Positions 8,381-17,546 of a DNA stretch of 59,846 bases are shown here, piece by piece. Every line of letters begins with the position of its first letter. Positions within the stretch are counted from its first letter, which is position 1. The DNA lies in IMG/VR virus record IMGVR_UViG_3300048823_000098, positions 1 through 59,846 of that record. One strand, written 5' to 3'. A program made the position numbers and the translations under genes. The stretch comes from a virus. Under the pieces are notes generated by a model. The model did no database searches, was not told where the DNA came from, and saw nothing but the letters and a program-made list of their open reading frames with translations.

Positions 8381-8911
8381 ATGACACTCGAAGCTACGTT
8401 CGAACGTATAGCAACGGCGTTGGAGTCGCTGCTTATCGTCGCCGCCTCACACCCGTCGCTGCCCAACTCGATTCGCGAAGCGGTCGCCGTTGCCCAGGGC
8501 GCAGCCGCGCCGCCGGCTCCCGCCGTCAACACCAGCGCATCCACCCCGGCCCAGGCTCCTCCGAGCAAGCCGAGCACTAAGAAAGCCACCACCAAACCGA
8601 CCACGCAGGCGGCGCCTCCCTCCACGCCAGCAGTAGCGACGGCTCCCGCAGCTGCGGCAGCGGCGCCGCCTGCGTCCTCTCCGCCCGCACAGACGCTGGC
8701 CGAGAAGACGCTACTGCAGACCACGACCGACGCGGTCATCGCCCTGGCGAATGACTACAGTCGCGATCAGGCTCTGGCGATCCTCGGCAAGCGGCGCGGC
8801 ATCACGCGCTGCTCCGAGCTGCTGCCGGACGAAGTGCAGGGCGTGCTCGATGAAGCCACCGCCGCGTACGAGATAGCGAAGACGGCGAAGGCGAACAGCT
8901 CACTGGTCTGA
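8381..8911 (+). CDS. Hypothetical protein with Pro/Ala/Thr-rich linker (176 aa)
   Basis: AGGAG SD. ORF in the co-directional operon. Confidence 0.65.
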   Translation: MTLEATFERIATALESLLIVAASHPSLPNSIREAVAVAQGAAAPPAPAVNTSASTPAQAPPSKPSTKKATTKPTTQAAPPSTPAVATAPAAAAAAPPASSPPAQTLAEKTLLQTTTDAVIALANDYSRDQALAILGKRRGITRCSELLPDEVQGVLDEATAAYEIAKTAKANSSLV

Positions 8912-9020
8912 ACCGAAAGAGTACATCCCCCGCGCCCGTAGTAGCGCGCTGCCCAAGGAACCGAGGCGGTGTATGGCAAACGGCCGGGGGCTCTGTACGT
9001 AACTGAGGAGTAACGACATC

Positions 9021-9248
9021 ATGTCTACGTTGTGGGAAATTAAGCACGAAGGCGAGATGAACGGCATCCGCCGCGCATTTGAGAACGAGTTAGCTCTCGT
9101 GTGTCTACACGCCGATAACGCGAAGCACGAGATCGACGGTCCGATCCGGTTCGGATCAGCTCTGGAAAGAATCGAGGCGGGGCTGATACGTGCGGAGACG
9201 CTGCAGGAGGAATACGCGCGGCTGAAAACCCTGGGAGACCCAACGTGA
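9021..9248 (+). CDS. Hypothetical protein (75 aa)
   Basis: GAGGAG SD. Stop overlaps the next GTG (GTGA). Confidence 0.6.
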   Translation: MSTLWEIKHEGEMNGIRRAFENELALVCLHADNAKHEIDGPIRFGSALERIEAGLIRAETLQEEYARLKTLGDPT

Positions 9249-9646
9249 TCAACCGCAGACACTTCTTCGGACTGGGCGCGGGACTTGCCGCTGCAGTCAG
9301 CCTCGACAAGCTGTTGCCCGCACACTCTGAGAATTCGCTTCAACACGCGGGGATAGCGGACCCGCAGACGAGTGTGCGGGCGGCATCGTGGAATCGCATC
9401 CCGATGCGCTACCGCTACGTCAACGACACGATACCGCGCCGCTACGATTCGCTGTTCAGGACGACCGACGGTGGCGTCGAGCAGATTGGCGTTGACCTGA
9501 AGGAGCGCAATGATGATCTAGCGCGCAGGAAGATAAAGTCCCACGCGTTGAGCCGGTCTGATATTACGCACCCGCTTCCACTCGATGTCGACTACGACGT
9601 GGGCGCGTATCGCTGGCGCGCATGCGACCCCGTCATCATCGTATGA
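9245..9646 (+). CDS. Putative Tat-exported protein (133 aa)
   Basis: N-terminus (M)INRRHFFGLGAGLAAAVSL matches a twin-arginine signal (RR-x-F-F plus an h-region). Confidence 0.6.
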   Translation: MINRRHFFGLGAGLAAAVSLDKLLPAHSENSLQHAGIADPQTSVRAASWNRIPMRYRYVNDTIPRRYDSLFRTTDGGVEQIGVDLKERNDDLARRKIKSHALSRSDITHPLPLDVDYDVGAYRWRACDPVIIV

Positions 9647-9909
9647 CGCAGTACCTGATCAAGTTCTGGACGATGCAGCGGCGGCGCGTCAACGTCGACA
9701 CCATCGCCGAGGCCGAGCAGTACGCTAAGGGTCTCGTCGAACGGCTGGGCGGTGACGCGCTGCTGGTGGCGATCTACGAAGGCGAGGAGCCGCCGAAGCC
9801 GGCGGATCCGCCGCTGGGCAAGCCGCCGAGCGGCCCGACTCCCGGGACTCCAGAGCTGGATCGCTACGCCATCACCCGAGCCTTCGGAGCACAGGCAGAG
9901 GCCGCATGA
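9643..9909 (+). CDS. Hypothetical protein (88 aa)
   Basis: ATGA overlaps at both ends. Confidence 0.55.
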   Translation: MTQYLIKFWTMQRRRVNVDTIAEAEQYAKGLVERLGGDALLVAIYEGEEPPKPADPPLGKPPSGPTPGTPELDRYAITRAFGAQAEAA

Positions 9910-10364
9910 AGATCGTCAACGAATTCCCGCCGATTATCAGCCGCATCCTCGAGGTGTTTCCCACAGCATCGCAGCCCGGTGTCGTGTTCGCCTGGGGCGA
10001 CACGATCTATAACCCATGCGGTGTGTCCCTCCCGCGAGCCATCGTCGCGCACGAGGAGGTGCACGGGGAGCGGCAGATGAACCTCGTACGCGACATTCCG
10101 CCGCCGGACGCCGCGCGCGAGTGGTGGGAGCAGTACCTGAAGGATCAGGACTTCCGCTACCGCGAGGAAGTGCACGCGCACGCTGCGGAGTTCACCTCGC
10201 AGACGAAGCGCAGCCTGATTCACGGCGACCGCAACTACCGCGCGCAACTGCTGCAGTCTACGGCGCAGCGGCTGATCGCGGAGCTGTACAACTACCAGCC
10301 GCGACGCGCGCTGTCGAAGGCGATGAGCGACATCGAGGCAGCGGTGAGAGGACAGTACGCATGA
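9906..10364 (+). CDS. Hypothetical protein (152 aa) with an HEEVH motif
   Basis: ORF with ATGA overlaps. HExxH-like AHEEVHGE. Confidence 0.65.
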   Translation: MKIVNEFPPIISRILEVFPTASQPGVVFAWGDTIYNPCGVSLPRAIVAHEEVHGERQMNLVRDIPPPDAAREWWEQYLKDQDFRYREEVHAHAAEFTSQTKRSLIHGDRNYRAQLLQSTAQRLIAELYNYQPRRALSKAMSDIEAAVRGQYA

Positions 10365-10768
10365 CAACGAGCCCTCCCTATCGCGAGCGCACGCTGACAG
10401 AGCGCCAGTATGAGCTAGCTATCCAACAGTTCAGCGTGAACTGGATGCACGATGAATTCGACAGCAGCACCGAGCTGCGCACACGCGTGCGTGAGCAGTT
10501 CACGGTCGAGTCCGCCATGAAGATGCTGCGTTGTGATTTTTGGATGCCCGGAAAAACGCTGCAGGATGACCGCGTGGTCGCGAGCTGGCCCACGAATCTA
10601 TGGCAGCACATCCGCAAGTCGTTAAGGCTGAGCTACAAGAAGACGGAGCTGCGCGTGAACGAGATCGTCGTGTTCCCCACCGTCGAGATCCCGCCCGAGC
10701 TGACGAAGACAGGCGACCGTATCTTTCTCCGCTGGCGTGAAGTTGAAATGGAGCCATACCGTGGTTAG
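10361..10768 (+). CDS. Hypothetical protein (135 aa)
   Basis: ATGA overlap with the previous gene. Coding-like composition. Confidence 0.6.
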   Translation: MTTSPPYRERTLTERQYELAIQQFSVNWMHDEFDSSTELRTRVREQFTVESAMKMLRCDFWMPGKTLQDDRVVASWPTNLWQHIRKSLRLSYKKTELRVNEIVVFPTVEIPPELTKTGDRIFLRWREVEMEPYRG

Positions 10769-10897
10769 TCTCGGTGAACAGTTCGCATTCTTTTGCTGGG
10801 CCTCGTCAAAGGCCCCGACGAAGATCATTAGCCACTACTACAGCTGGAAATGCGTAGGATGTCGCTTTGACTGGAACTCCCTGCAGCTGCGCTACCC

Positions 10898-12100
10898 ATG
10901 AGTAGCGGCGTCCATTCGATCCTCGCGCCCTCCGCCTCGGAGATGTGGGCTCGCTGCGTTGGCTCGCTGTACCTGGGCAAAGGCGTCCCCGACGTCGATG
11001 CCGAGTACAATGCCAGCGGCACGTGCTCGCACTGGATCTTGGAGACATGCCTGCGCACTACCCAACCGCCCGAGATTTTCTTGGGTAAGGAACTGAAGTT
11101 CGGCGAGTTCAGCTTCATCATCGATCAGGACCGCTGCGACCGCGTGAGCGCGTGCATGCGCAACATCTACCGCGAGCCTGGGCGCATGTGGGTCGAGCTG
11201 GAGCTGGATACGAGCCCGATCTTCGGGCGCCCAGGGCAGATCGGGCACGCTGACATCATCAAGCTGGATGAGCTAGGATCCGTCGAGCTGGCGGGCGAGC
11301 ACTACACAGGAGTGCTGACCGTTCACGACTTCAAGGACGGGTACATCCGTGTCAACGCGCAGGACAATCTGCAGGGCCTGTCCTACCTCGCCGCCGCGCT
11401 CTACAAATTCGATCTGACCGCGCCGATCAACGCGCTGCGGTTCTGCATCCATCAACCGAAGATAGGCCACTACGATGAATGGACCTACACCCGTAAGGAT
11501 ATCGAGACCTTCACTGCCGCCGTCAGACCCGCTGCAGAACTTGCGTATGACCTTTATTACGGCGTTGTCGAATTCGACGCCAGCCAGCATCTCAACGCTG
11601 GAGACGAGCAGTGTATGTGGTGCCCTGTGCGCGGCAGTTGTCCTGCCCGGGCAAAACGTATCGTCGATCTCTTTTCGGCCGTCATCACTAAGCACGCGAT
11701 AGACGACGAGCAGCTGTCGCAGCTGTATATGCGCGTCGATGAGATCGAGCAGGCCTGCAAGGACTACCGCACCGAGGCCTTGCGTCGAGCGATGAATGGG
11801 CGCAAGATCGCAGGCTACAAGTTGGTGCGCGGTAAGCGCAGCGCCCGCAAGTGGACGAGCGAGTCGAAGGCTGTCACCGCGCTGCAGTTCATACTGCCCG
11901 AGGACAAGGTCTTCAAGCCGCGCGAAGTCATCAGCCCCACGGAGGCCGAGAAGCTGTTGAAAAAGGATTACGTGTCTGTGGCGCCCTACGTGTCGCAGAA
12001 CGATGGATCGCTCTCACTCGCGCCCGTTGACGACGGACGCGATGAGGTGATAATCAAGCCGGTGGAATTCGCACCGGTCAAAACTGACCCGTTGATATAA
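10898..12100 (+). CDS. PD-(D/E)XK exonuclease, DUF2800/Cas4-like
   Basis: N-terminal HSILAPSASEMWARCVGS. Motifs HADIIKLDE...VHDFKDGY. C-terminal Cys cluster CMWCPVRGSCPA. Sits in the DUF2800-DUF2815-PolA module order. Confidence 0.8.
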   Translation: MSSGVHSILAPSASEMWARCVGSLYLGKGVPDVDAEYNASGTCSHWILETCLRTTQPPEIFLGKELKFGEFSFIIDQDRCDRVSACMRNIYREPGRMWVELELDTSPIFGRPGQIGHADIIKLDELGSVELAGEHYTGVLTVHDFKDGYIRVNAQDNLQGLSYLAAALYKFDLTAPINALRFCIHQPKIGHYDEWTYTRKDIETFTAAVRPAAELAYDLYYGVVEFDASQHLNAGDEQCMWCPVRGSCPARAKRIVDLFSAVITKHAIDDEQLSQLYMRVDEIEQACKDYRTEALRRAMNGRKIAGYKLVRGKRSARKWTSESKAVTALQFILPEDKVFKPREVISPTEAEKLLKKDYVSVAPYVSQNDGSLSLAPVDDGRDEVIIKPVEFAPVKTDPLI

Positions 12101-12112
12101 ATCGAGGAACCT

Positions 12113-12775
12113 ATGGCTAATGAAAAACCTTTGATCATGCAGATCGATAACGTGCGACTGGCTCGTGTATCGCTGACCACCCCGTACGTCGGCAAGGATG
12201 CGGAGATCGATCCGGCCACCGGCAAGCTGAAAGGCAAGTACCACGCTGACCTGATCCTGGCCGAGACGCATCCGCAGCTCGCCGGGTTTAAGGCGATGCA
12301 GCGCGAAGCGGTGATCCGCAAGTTCGGCGATCAGGCGACCGTGGTATTGGAGCAGATTGTTGCCAACAACAAGCTGGCTCTGCACCGCGGTAACGTGGAC
12401 CGTGCCGGCAAGCCGGAATACAAGGATCTGCTGTACATCAGCGCGAGCAATAGCGACCAGCCCAACATCGTCGTAACCGAGAATGGCGTCAACATCGCCA
12501 CCATCGGCACGCCGGTTGTGCTGACCCCGGCTCACCCGATGTACCCCTACCCGGGCTGCTACGCCAACGTGTTTGTGAGCTGCTTTGCTTACAGCCACGC
12601 GAAGGGCGGCAAGGGCGTCAGCTGTCAGCTGATGGGCGTGCAGTTCCTGCGACACGGTGAGCGACTGAAGGGCGCGTCGATTGTCAGTGCCAGCGAGTTC
12701 GGACTCGTGGCCTCCGATGCCGATGCCCCCGCGCCAGCGGCTGCTGCGGCCACTGGCGGCGCCGGTCTGATCTGA
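12113..12775 (+). CDS. DUF2815-like single-stranded DNA-binding protein
   Basis: Lies between the DUF2800-like exonuclease and PolA. N-terminus LIMQIDNVRLARVSLTTPY. Gly/Ala-rich acidic tail. Confidence 0.7.
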   Translation: MANEKPLIMQIDNVRLARVSLTTPYVGKDAEIDPATGKLKGKYHADLILAETHPQLAGFKAMQREAVIRKFGDQATVVLEQIVANNKLALHRGNVDRAGKPEYKDLLYISASNSDQPNIVVTENGVNIATIGTPVVLTPAHPMYPYPGCYANVFVSCFAYSHAKGGKGVSCQLMGVQFLRHGERLKGASIVSASEFGLVASDADAPAPAAAAATGGAGLI

Positions 12776-12777
12776 CC

Positions 12778-12975
12778 ATGATGTGGCTCATCGCCACAGC
12801 GTTCGGCCTCGGCGTGCTGACAGCAGCCGCCGGGGCCTACACGCTGCGTAATCTCTACTGGCGGCTCGCCGACGCTAAGCTGGTGGATGTCAACGCCTAC
12901 CTGCATGAAGAGGTGATGCGACTGCGGGCCCAAGTGGCTCTCCACATCGGCACACCGAAGTTTCCTGACGCCTGA
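12778..12975 (+). CDS. Small membrane protein (65 aa)
   Basis: N-terminal TM MMWLIATAFGLGVLTAAAGAY. Stop overlaps the polymerase ATG (TGATG). Confidence 0.5.
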   Translation: MMWLIATAFGLGVLTAAAGAYTLRNLYWRLADAKLVDVNAYLHEEVMRLRAQVALHIGTPKFPDA

Positions 12976-15212
12976 TGTTTAAACACTGCTTCATCGATAC
13001 CGAGACCCGGAGCGCGACGCCCATCGACCTGGGCCTCGATAAGTACACGCGCGATGCCGAGTGCATCATCGTCACCTACGCCCTCGACAACGGACCAGTG
13101 AAGATCTGGTTCCCGAAGGAGCGCTCCGCCAGCGTGCACTTCATGCCGGCGGATCTGAAGGCAGCCGTTGACGATGTCGGTTGCGCCTTCGTTGCACACT
13201 ACGCCTCATTCGACCGGCTCATCCTTTTGCGCGCGCTGGGGATACGGTTGCCCGTACTCCCCAGCAATCTTTTTGGCGACGTCTCCCGCTGGCGTTGCAC
13301 GCGCGCCCAGGCCTACTCGCACGGTCTCCCGGGATCCCTGGAGCTGCTAGGACAGGTGCTCGGGCTGCCAGCCGATCAGCAAAAGCTGGTCGACGATGCG
13401 AAGCTGATCCACACTTTCTGCGTCCCCCAGCAGGGGCGATTCATTCAACCCGAGGAGGCTCCCGATGCGTGGGCTCGTTTCTGCAATTACGCTATCAGGG
13501 ATACGGAGTCCCTTCGCGAAATCTTTCGGCGTCTCCCAGCGCACAACTACCGAGACGAGAACTTGGCACTATGGCACCTTGATCAGCTGGCGAACGAGCG
13601 CGGCTTTGGCTTTGATCTTGACTTGGCTCAGGCGGCTGTGGCTTTCCTCGCCGACGCGAAGGTGGCGAGTGACGGTACAATGGCGGAACTTACCGGGGGG
13701 CAAGTGCATGCTGCAACTCAACGTGACCGATTGCTGCGATTCCTCCGTGATCGACTCGACATACCGATAGAAACAATGCGCGCCGCTGAGGTGCGGGAGT
13801 GGTTAGAACATGACGATCTCGACCCAGTGGTACGCCTACTGCTCGAACAAAGACTGGAGGCTAGTAAGTCTTCCGGCTCCAAGTATACGAGAGGCATTAA
13901 CATGCTTGGACCAAATAGCCGTCAGCGCCACACGATCCAGTTTAATGGAGCTGGCCGAACAGGCCGTGACACGGGGCGAGGTTTTCAGCCTCTCAATATG
14001 CCACGACCCGCGCTCAACGTGCGACGCGTCGACGGTAGCATGGAGCTATCGCCTGTAAAGGCGAGCTACATCGATGAAGTCATCCTACCCGGCATTTACA
14101 ACCGTAAGGCACTTTGCAACCCGCTGGTTTACGGGGGCCCACACGAAGCCGCGTCCCTTGCCCTCCGCCATGTTATTGTCGCAGCACCCGGCAATGATCT
14201 TGTGGTTGGCGACTGGAAGAATATCGAATCCGTCCTCACCGCGTGGCACGCGGGCGAGTTCGACGAAGTAGAAGCGTTCCGTGCCGCATTCGCAGATCCC
14301 CACAACAAGGCACTCGATGTTTATCGCAAGCAGTTCAGCGCGTTCTTCGGTACCCCCGTCCTCAACGTCAACGATACCGAGAGGCAGGCTGGCAAGGTAT
14401 CGAAACTTGCTTTCGGCTTTGGTGGCGGCGTGGGCGCTCTGGTTACTATGGCGGCCGTCTACCAGATGGATCTGGAGCCTTTGGCCGACATCGTCCTACC
14501 GCGTGCGACCCCGCTTCAGCGCGAGAAGGCTTATCGCGCGTGGCGTCGCGCGTTCCAGCTGAACGAGGACTACAACCTGGAACCGAAGGTCTATCAGGCC
14601 TGCGATGTGCTCAAGCAGCTGTACCGCACGACCAATTCGAAGATCGATCAGTTCAAGAAAGACGTCGGCAACGCGGTACAGGACTCCATCGAGAACCCGG
14701 GTGCCCCGAAGATTCGCGCCGGGTACTGCTGGATCTGGAGCAACGGCAGTTACCTGATCATCGAGCTGCCCAGCGGGCGGCGCCTGCTATACGCATCGCC
14801 GAAGATCGCGGGCGAGATGCTGGAGGATCCTGATGAGGGCGACCGCAAGGTCAAGGTGGTGTCGTACCTGACCGCGCGCGGCAAGAGCTGGCGCCGTATC
14901 ACCGCGTGGCCTGGGCTGTTCGTCGAGAACATCATGCAGGCGACGGCTAACGACATCCTGCGCGTGGCAAAGCTGCGCGTGCACGCGGACACGATGAGTG
15001 TGCCGGCGATCAAGGCATACCTCGATACGCTGCCCCCTGAGGAGCGCACCGCGATCAACCTGCACATCTACGATGAGTTGTCAGTCGACGTCCCCAAGGG
15101 CTCGTACCCGGCGGAGCGGCTGGCGAAGATGATGACTGCGCCCATCGACTGGGCGCCGGGACTGCCCCTGGCAGTGGATACGTGGACGAACGTGCGATAC
15201 GGCAAGCGATGA
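12975..15212 (+). CDS. Family A DNA polymerase with 3'-5' exonuclease domain
   Basis: Exo I CFIDTETRS. Motif A VVGDWKNIESVLTAW. Motif B RQAGKVSKLAFGFGGG. Motif C HIYDELSVDV. Confidence 0.95.
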   Translation: MFKHCFIDTETRSATPIDLGLDKYTRDAECIIVTYALDNGPVKIWFPKERSASVHFMPADLKAAVDDVGCAFVAHYASFDRLILLRALGIRLPVLPSNLFGDVSRWRCTRAQAYSHGLPGSLELLGQVLGLPADQQKLVDDAKLIHTFCVPQQGRFIQPEEAPDAWARFCNYAIRDTESLREIFRRLPAHNYRDENLALWHLDQLANERGFGFDLDLAQAAVAFLADAKVASDGTMAELTGGQVHAATQRDRLLRFLRDRLDIPIETMRAAEVREWLEHDDLDPVVRLLLEQRLEASKSSGSKYTRGINMLGPNSRQRHTIQFNGAGRTGRDTGRGFQPLNMPRPALNVRRVDGSMELSPVKASYIDEVILPGIYNRKALCNPLVYGGPHEAASLALRHVIVAAPGNDLVVGDWKNIESVLTAWHAGEFDEVEAFRAAFADPHNKALDVYRKQFSAFFGTPVLNVNDTERQAGKVSKLAFGFGGGVGALVTMAAVYQMDLEPLADIVLPRATPLQREKAYRAWRRAFQLNEDYNLEPKVYQACDVLKQLYRTTNSKIDQFKKDVGNAVQDSIENPGAPKIRAGYCWIWSNGSYLIIELPSGRRLLYASPKIAGEMLEDPDEGDRKVKVVSYLTARGKSWRRITAWPGLFVENIMQATANDILRVAKLRVHADTMSVPAIKAYLDTLPPEERTAINLHIYDELSVDVPKGSYPAERLAKMMTAPIDWAPGLPLAVDTWTNVRYGKR
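12977..12984. repeat. GTTTAAAC palindrome copy
   Basis: Perfect octamer formed by the polymerase start, ATG TTT AAA C. Confidence 0.9.
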
Positions 15213-15472
15213 TCCGTCTCACCAAGCAATACGTGATGGACAACAGCTGGCTGCCGCTGCGCCCCGACATGGTCGCAGTGGCTATCGCATACGGAATGGA
15301 GGTTAAGATTATGGGACGCTGCGTATGTGGACACCACGAGGAGGACCACGACGACGAGACTCTGACACTCTCGCACGTCTGTATGGTCGAGGACTGCACG
15401 TGTGGAGAATTTGAACCAGAAAACGAGGAGGACTACGATGACGGAGAAGACGCAGACGACGGTAACGATTGA
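15209..15472 (+). CDS. Cys/His-rich small protein with acidic tail (87 aa)
   Basis: ATGA overlap with the polymerase stop. Motifs CVCGHHEEDH...CMVEDCTCGEF. Confidence 0.5.
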   Translation: MIRLTKQYVMDNSWLPLRPDMVAVAIAYGMEVKIMGRCVCGHHEEDHDDETLTLSHVCMVEDCTCGEFEPENEEDYDDGEDADDGND

Positions 15473-15875
15473 CTCGACTCACGTACTGCCACGCACGCTG
15501 GTGCTCAAGGCAATGCCGATCCCCGGCGGTGAAGCCATCGGCGTGTACGGCAGCGAGGTAATCGCCGAGGGCGCCACCGCGGATGTGTGGTGCGCCAGCT
15601 TCTTCGATGAGGACGAAGCGAAGGCGTGGATCCTCGGTAGCAGGCAGTTTGGTCAGGCGATCAAAGGAGGACGCATTGCGCCGCGAAAAGACAGTGGAGA
15701 ATTACCTGACGGCACAGGTGGAGAAGCTGGGGGGAGCGTGCGAGAAGCACACGAACCCGGGTCACCGGGGCGACCCGGATCGGCTGGTGAGCTTCCCGAA
15801 CAAGTACCGCTGCATGGTGGAGACGAAGTGGGCGGAGGACGCGACACCGGAGGATCACCAGCTGCGTCGACATGA
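15438..15875 (+). CDS. Hypothetical protein. Only the 5' part, to about 15675, looks coding.
   Basis: GAGGAGG SD. GC3 is high up to about 15670, then drops to about 40 percent where it overlaps the VRR-NUC frame. Confidence 0.4.
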   Translation: MTEKTQTTVTIDSTHVLPRTLVLKAMPIPGGEAIGVYGSEVIAEGATADVWCASFFDEDEAKAWILGSRQFGQAIKGGRIAPRKDSGELPDGTGGEAGGSVREAHEPGSPGRPGSAGELPEQVPLHGGDEVGGGRDTGGSPAAST

Positions 15876-15978
15876 GTGGTGGCGCAAGCGCGGGATGGAT
15901 GTGTTCGTGCTGAAGTCGAAGCCAGCGGTGGACGTGTGGATCTTCAGCATGATCGGTCGAGGTGCTGAGCGTGTCTGA
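15676..15978 (+). CDS. VRR-NUC domain nuclease
   Basis: AAGGAGG sits 5 nt before the TTG start. PD-(D/E)xK-type GDPDRLVSFPN...CMVETKW. GC3 is about 80 percent. Confidence 0.75.
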   Translation: MRREKTVENYLTAQVEKLGGACEKHTNPGHRGDPDRLVSFPNKYRCMVETKWAEDATPEDHQLRRHEWWRKRGMDVFVLKSKPAVDVWIFSMIGRGAERV

Positions 15979-16165
15979 GCACTACGAGCCTCGACCGTGG
16001 CAGCGGATTGCCACTAAGTTCCTAATAGAGAACCCCCGGGGCATGCTGGTAGCCGACCCGGGACTCGGTAATACGAGTATTACGCTCGATTTATTGCGCA
16101 TGGGGGGCTCGCGCTTTTTCCCTGCACTTGTGCTGGCACCCAAGCGTGTTGCCCCAGCACTTTGA
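15971..16165 (+). pseudogene. Decayed duplicate of the helicase 5' end (64-codon fragment)
   Basis: 15996..16153 is near-identical to 16174..16340. Differences are GKT->GNT (aaa->aat), a 9-bp deletion and one silent change. The frame ends at a TGA in the junction. Confidence 0.65.
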
Positions 16166-17546
16166 ACCGCGCCCGTGGCAGCGGATTGCCACTAAGTTCC
16201 TAATAGAGAACCCCCGGGGCATGCTGGTAGCCGACCCGGGACTCGGTAAAACGAGTATTACGCTCTCTGCGCTCGATTTATTGCGCATGGGGGGCTCGCG
16301 CTTTTTCCCTGCACTTGTGCTGGCGCCCAAGCGTGTTGCCGAGGTGGTGTGGGACGGCGAGGCAGCGAAGTGGGACGCGTTCCAAGACCTAAGCATCATC
16401 AAGGTGCTTGGCGAGCGCGACGCACGGCAGGCGGCGCTGCGCAAGAGCATCGCCGATATGTACATCATCAACTACGACAACGTGCCGTGGTTGGTTGAAC
16501 AATTCAAGGATCGAGAATGGCCCTTCAAGATAGTGATCGCGGACGAGAGCAGCCGGCTGAAGGGATTCCGCATCAAGAAGGGCGGAGTCAGGGCTGCTGC
16601 ACTCTCCATGATCGCCCGCTTTACTGGGCGTTGGTGGAATCTCACGGGCACGCCGACGCCTAACGGACTGCAGGATCTGTGGGGGCAGTTTTGGTTTTTA
16701 GACTATGGCGAGCGTTTGAAGCGAACGTATAGCGCCTATCTGGAGGCGTACTTTCAGGAGAATCGGTACTCCCGCCGCATCGACATACAGAAGGGTTGGG
16801 CGGCCGAAACGGCTATCCACGAAGCGGTGGCGGATCGCATGCTCGCCCTGCGCGCCGAGGATTGGCTGCCCCTGGATAAGCCCCAGGAGATCCCCATCGA
16901 GATCGACCTACCGGCCGACGCGATGGTGAAGTACCGTCAGATGCAGAAGGATCTGTTCCTCGAGATGTCCGACACGGAGATCACCGCCGGCACGGCGGCT
17001 GTGAAGTCCATCAAGCTATTGCAGATCGCTGCCGGCAGTATCTGGGACGAGATGTCGATGTCCCACCAGATTCACGAGGCCCGGGTAGAGGCCCTGGCCG
17101 ACATCGTTGAGGAATCTGGCGGGGAGCCACTGCTTGTGGCATACTGGTGGAAGTTTGACGTACCTCGTATCCTGGCAGCCTTTCCCGAGGCGCGGGTGTA
17201 CCAGGGCCCCAAGGACGAAGCGGATTGGAACGCCGGCAAGATCAAGATGCTGCTGCTGCACGAGCAGAACGCGTTCGGGCTCAACCTCGCGAAGGTATGC
17301 CGCGACGTCGTCTTCTACAGCTACTTCTGGAACGCGGAGCTGTGGCAGCAGATGGTGGAACGAGTCGGACCCGTGCGACAGTTCCAGCTGGGATTGAAAC
17401 GCATCGTGCGCATCTGGACGATCCGAGCGCGCGGTACCATCGACAGCGATGTGATCGAATCCAACTTCGGCAAGATCTCTGTCGAGCAGGCACTTAAGCG
17501 CGCGCGAGCGCGAACGAGGAATCAATGCGAACAGATGACGAACTAA
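16128..17546 (+). CDS. SNF2-family helicase (start uncertain: TTG 16128 or GTG 16146)
   Basis: Motif I DPGLGKTS. Motif II VIADESSRLK. Helicase C-terminal region. Follows VRR-NUC as in related replication modules. Confidence 0.9.
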   Translation: MCWHPSVLPQHFEPRPWQRIATKFLIENPRGMLVADPGLGKTSITLSALDLLRMGGSRFFPALVLAPKRVAEVVWDGEAAKWDAFQDLSIIKVLGERDARQAALRKSIADMYIINYDNVPWLVEQFKDREWPFKIVIADESSRLKGFRIKKGGVRAAALSMIARFTGRWWNLTGTPTPNGLQDLWGQFWFLDYGERLKRTYSAYLEAYFQENRYSRRIDIQKGWAAETAIHEAVADRMLALRAEDWLPLDKPQEIPIEIDLPADAMVKYRQMQKDLFLEMSDTEITAGTAAVKSIKLLQIAAGSIWDEMSMSHQIHEARVEALADIVEESGGEPLLVAYWWKFDVPRILAAFPEARVYQGPKDEADWNAGKIKMLLLHEQNAFGLNLAKVCRDVVFYSYFWNAELWQQMVERVGPVRQFQLGLKRIVRIWTIRARGTIDSDVIESNFGKISVEQALKRARARTRNQCEQMTN

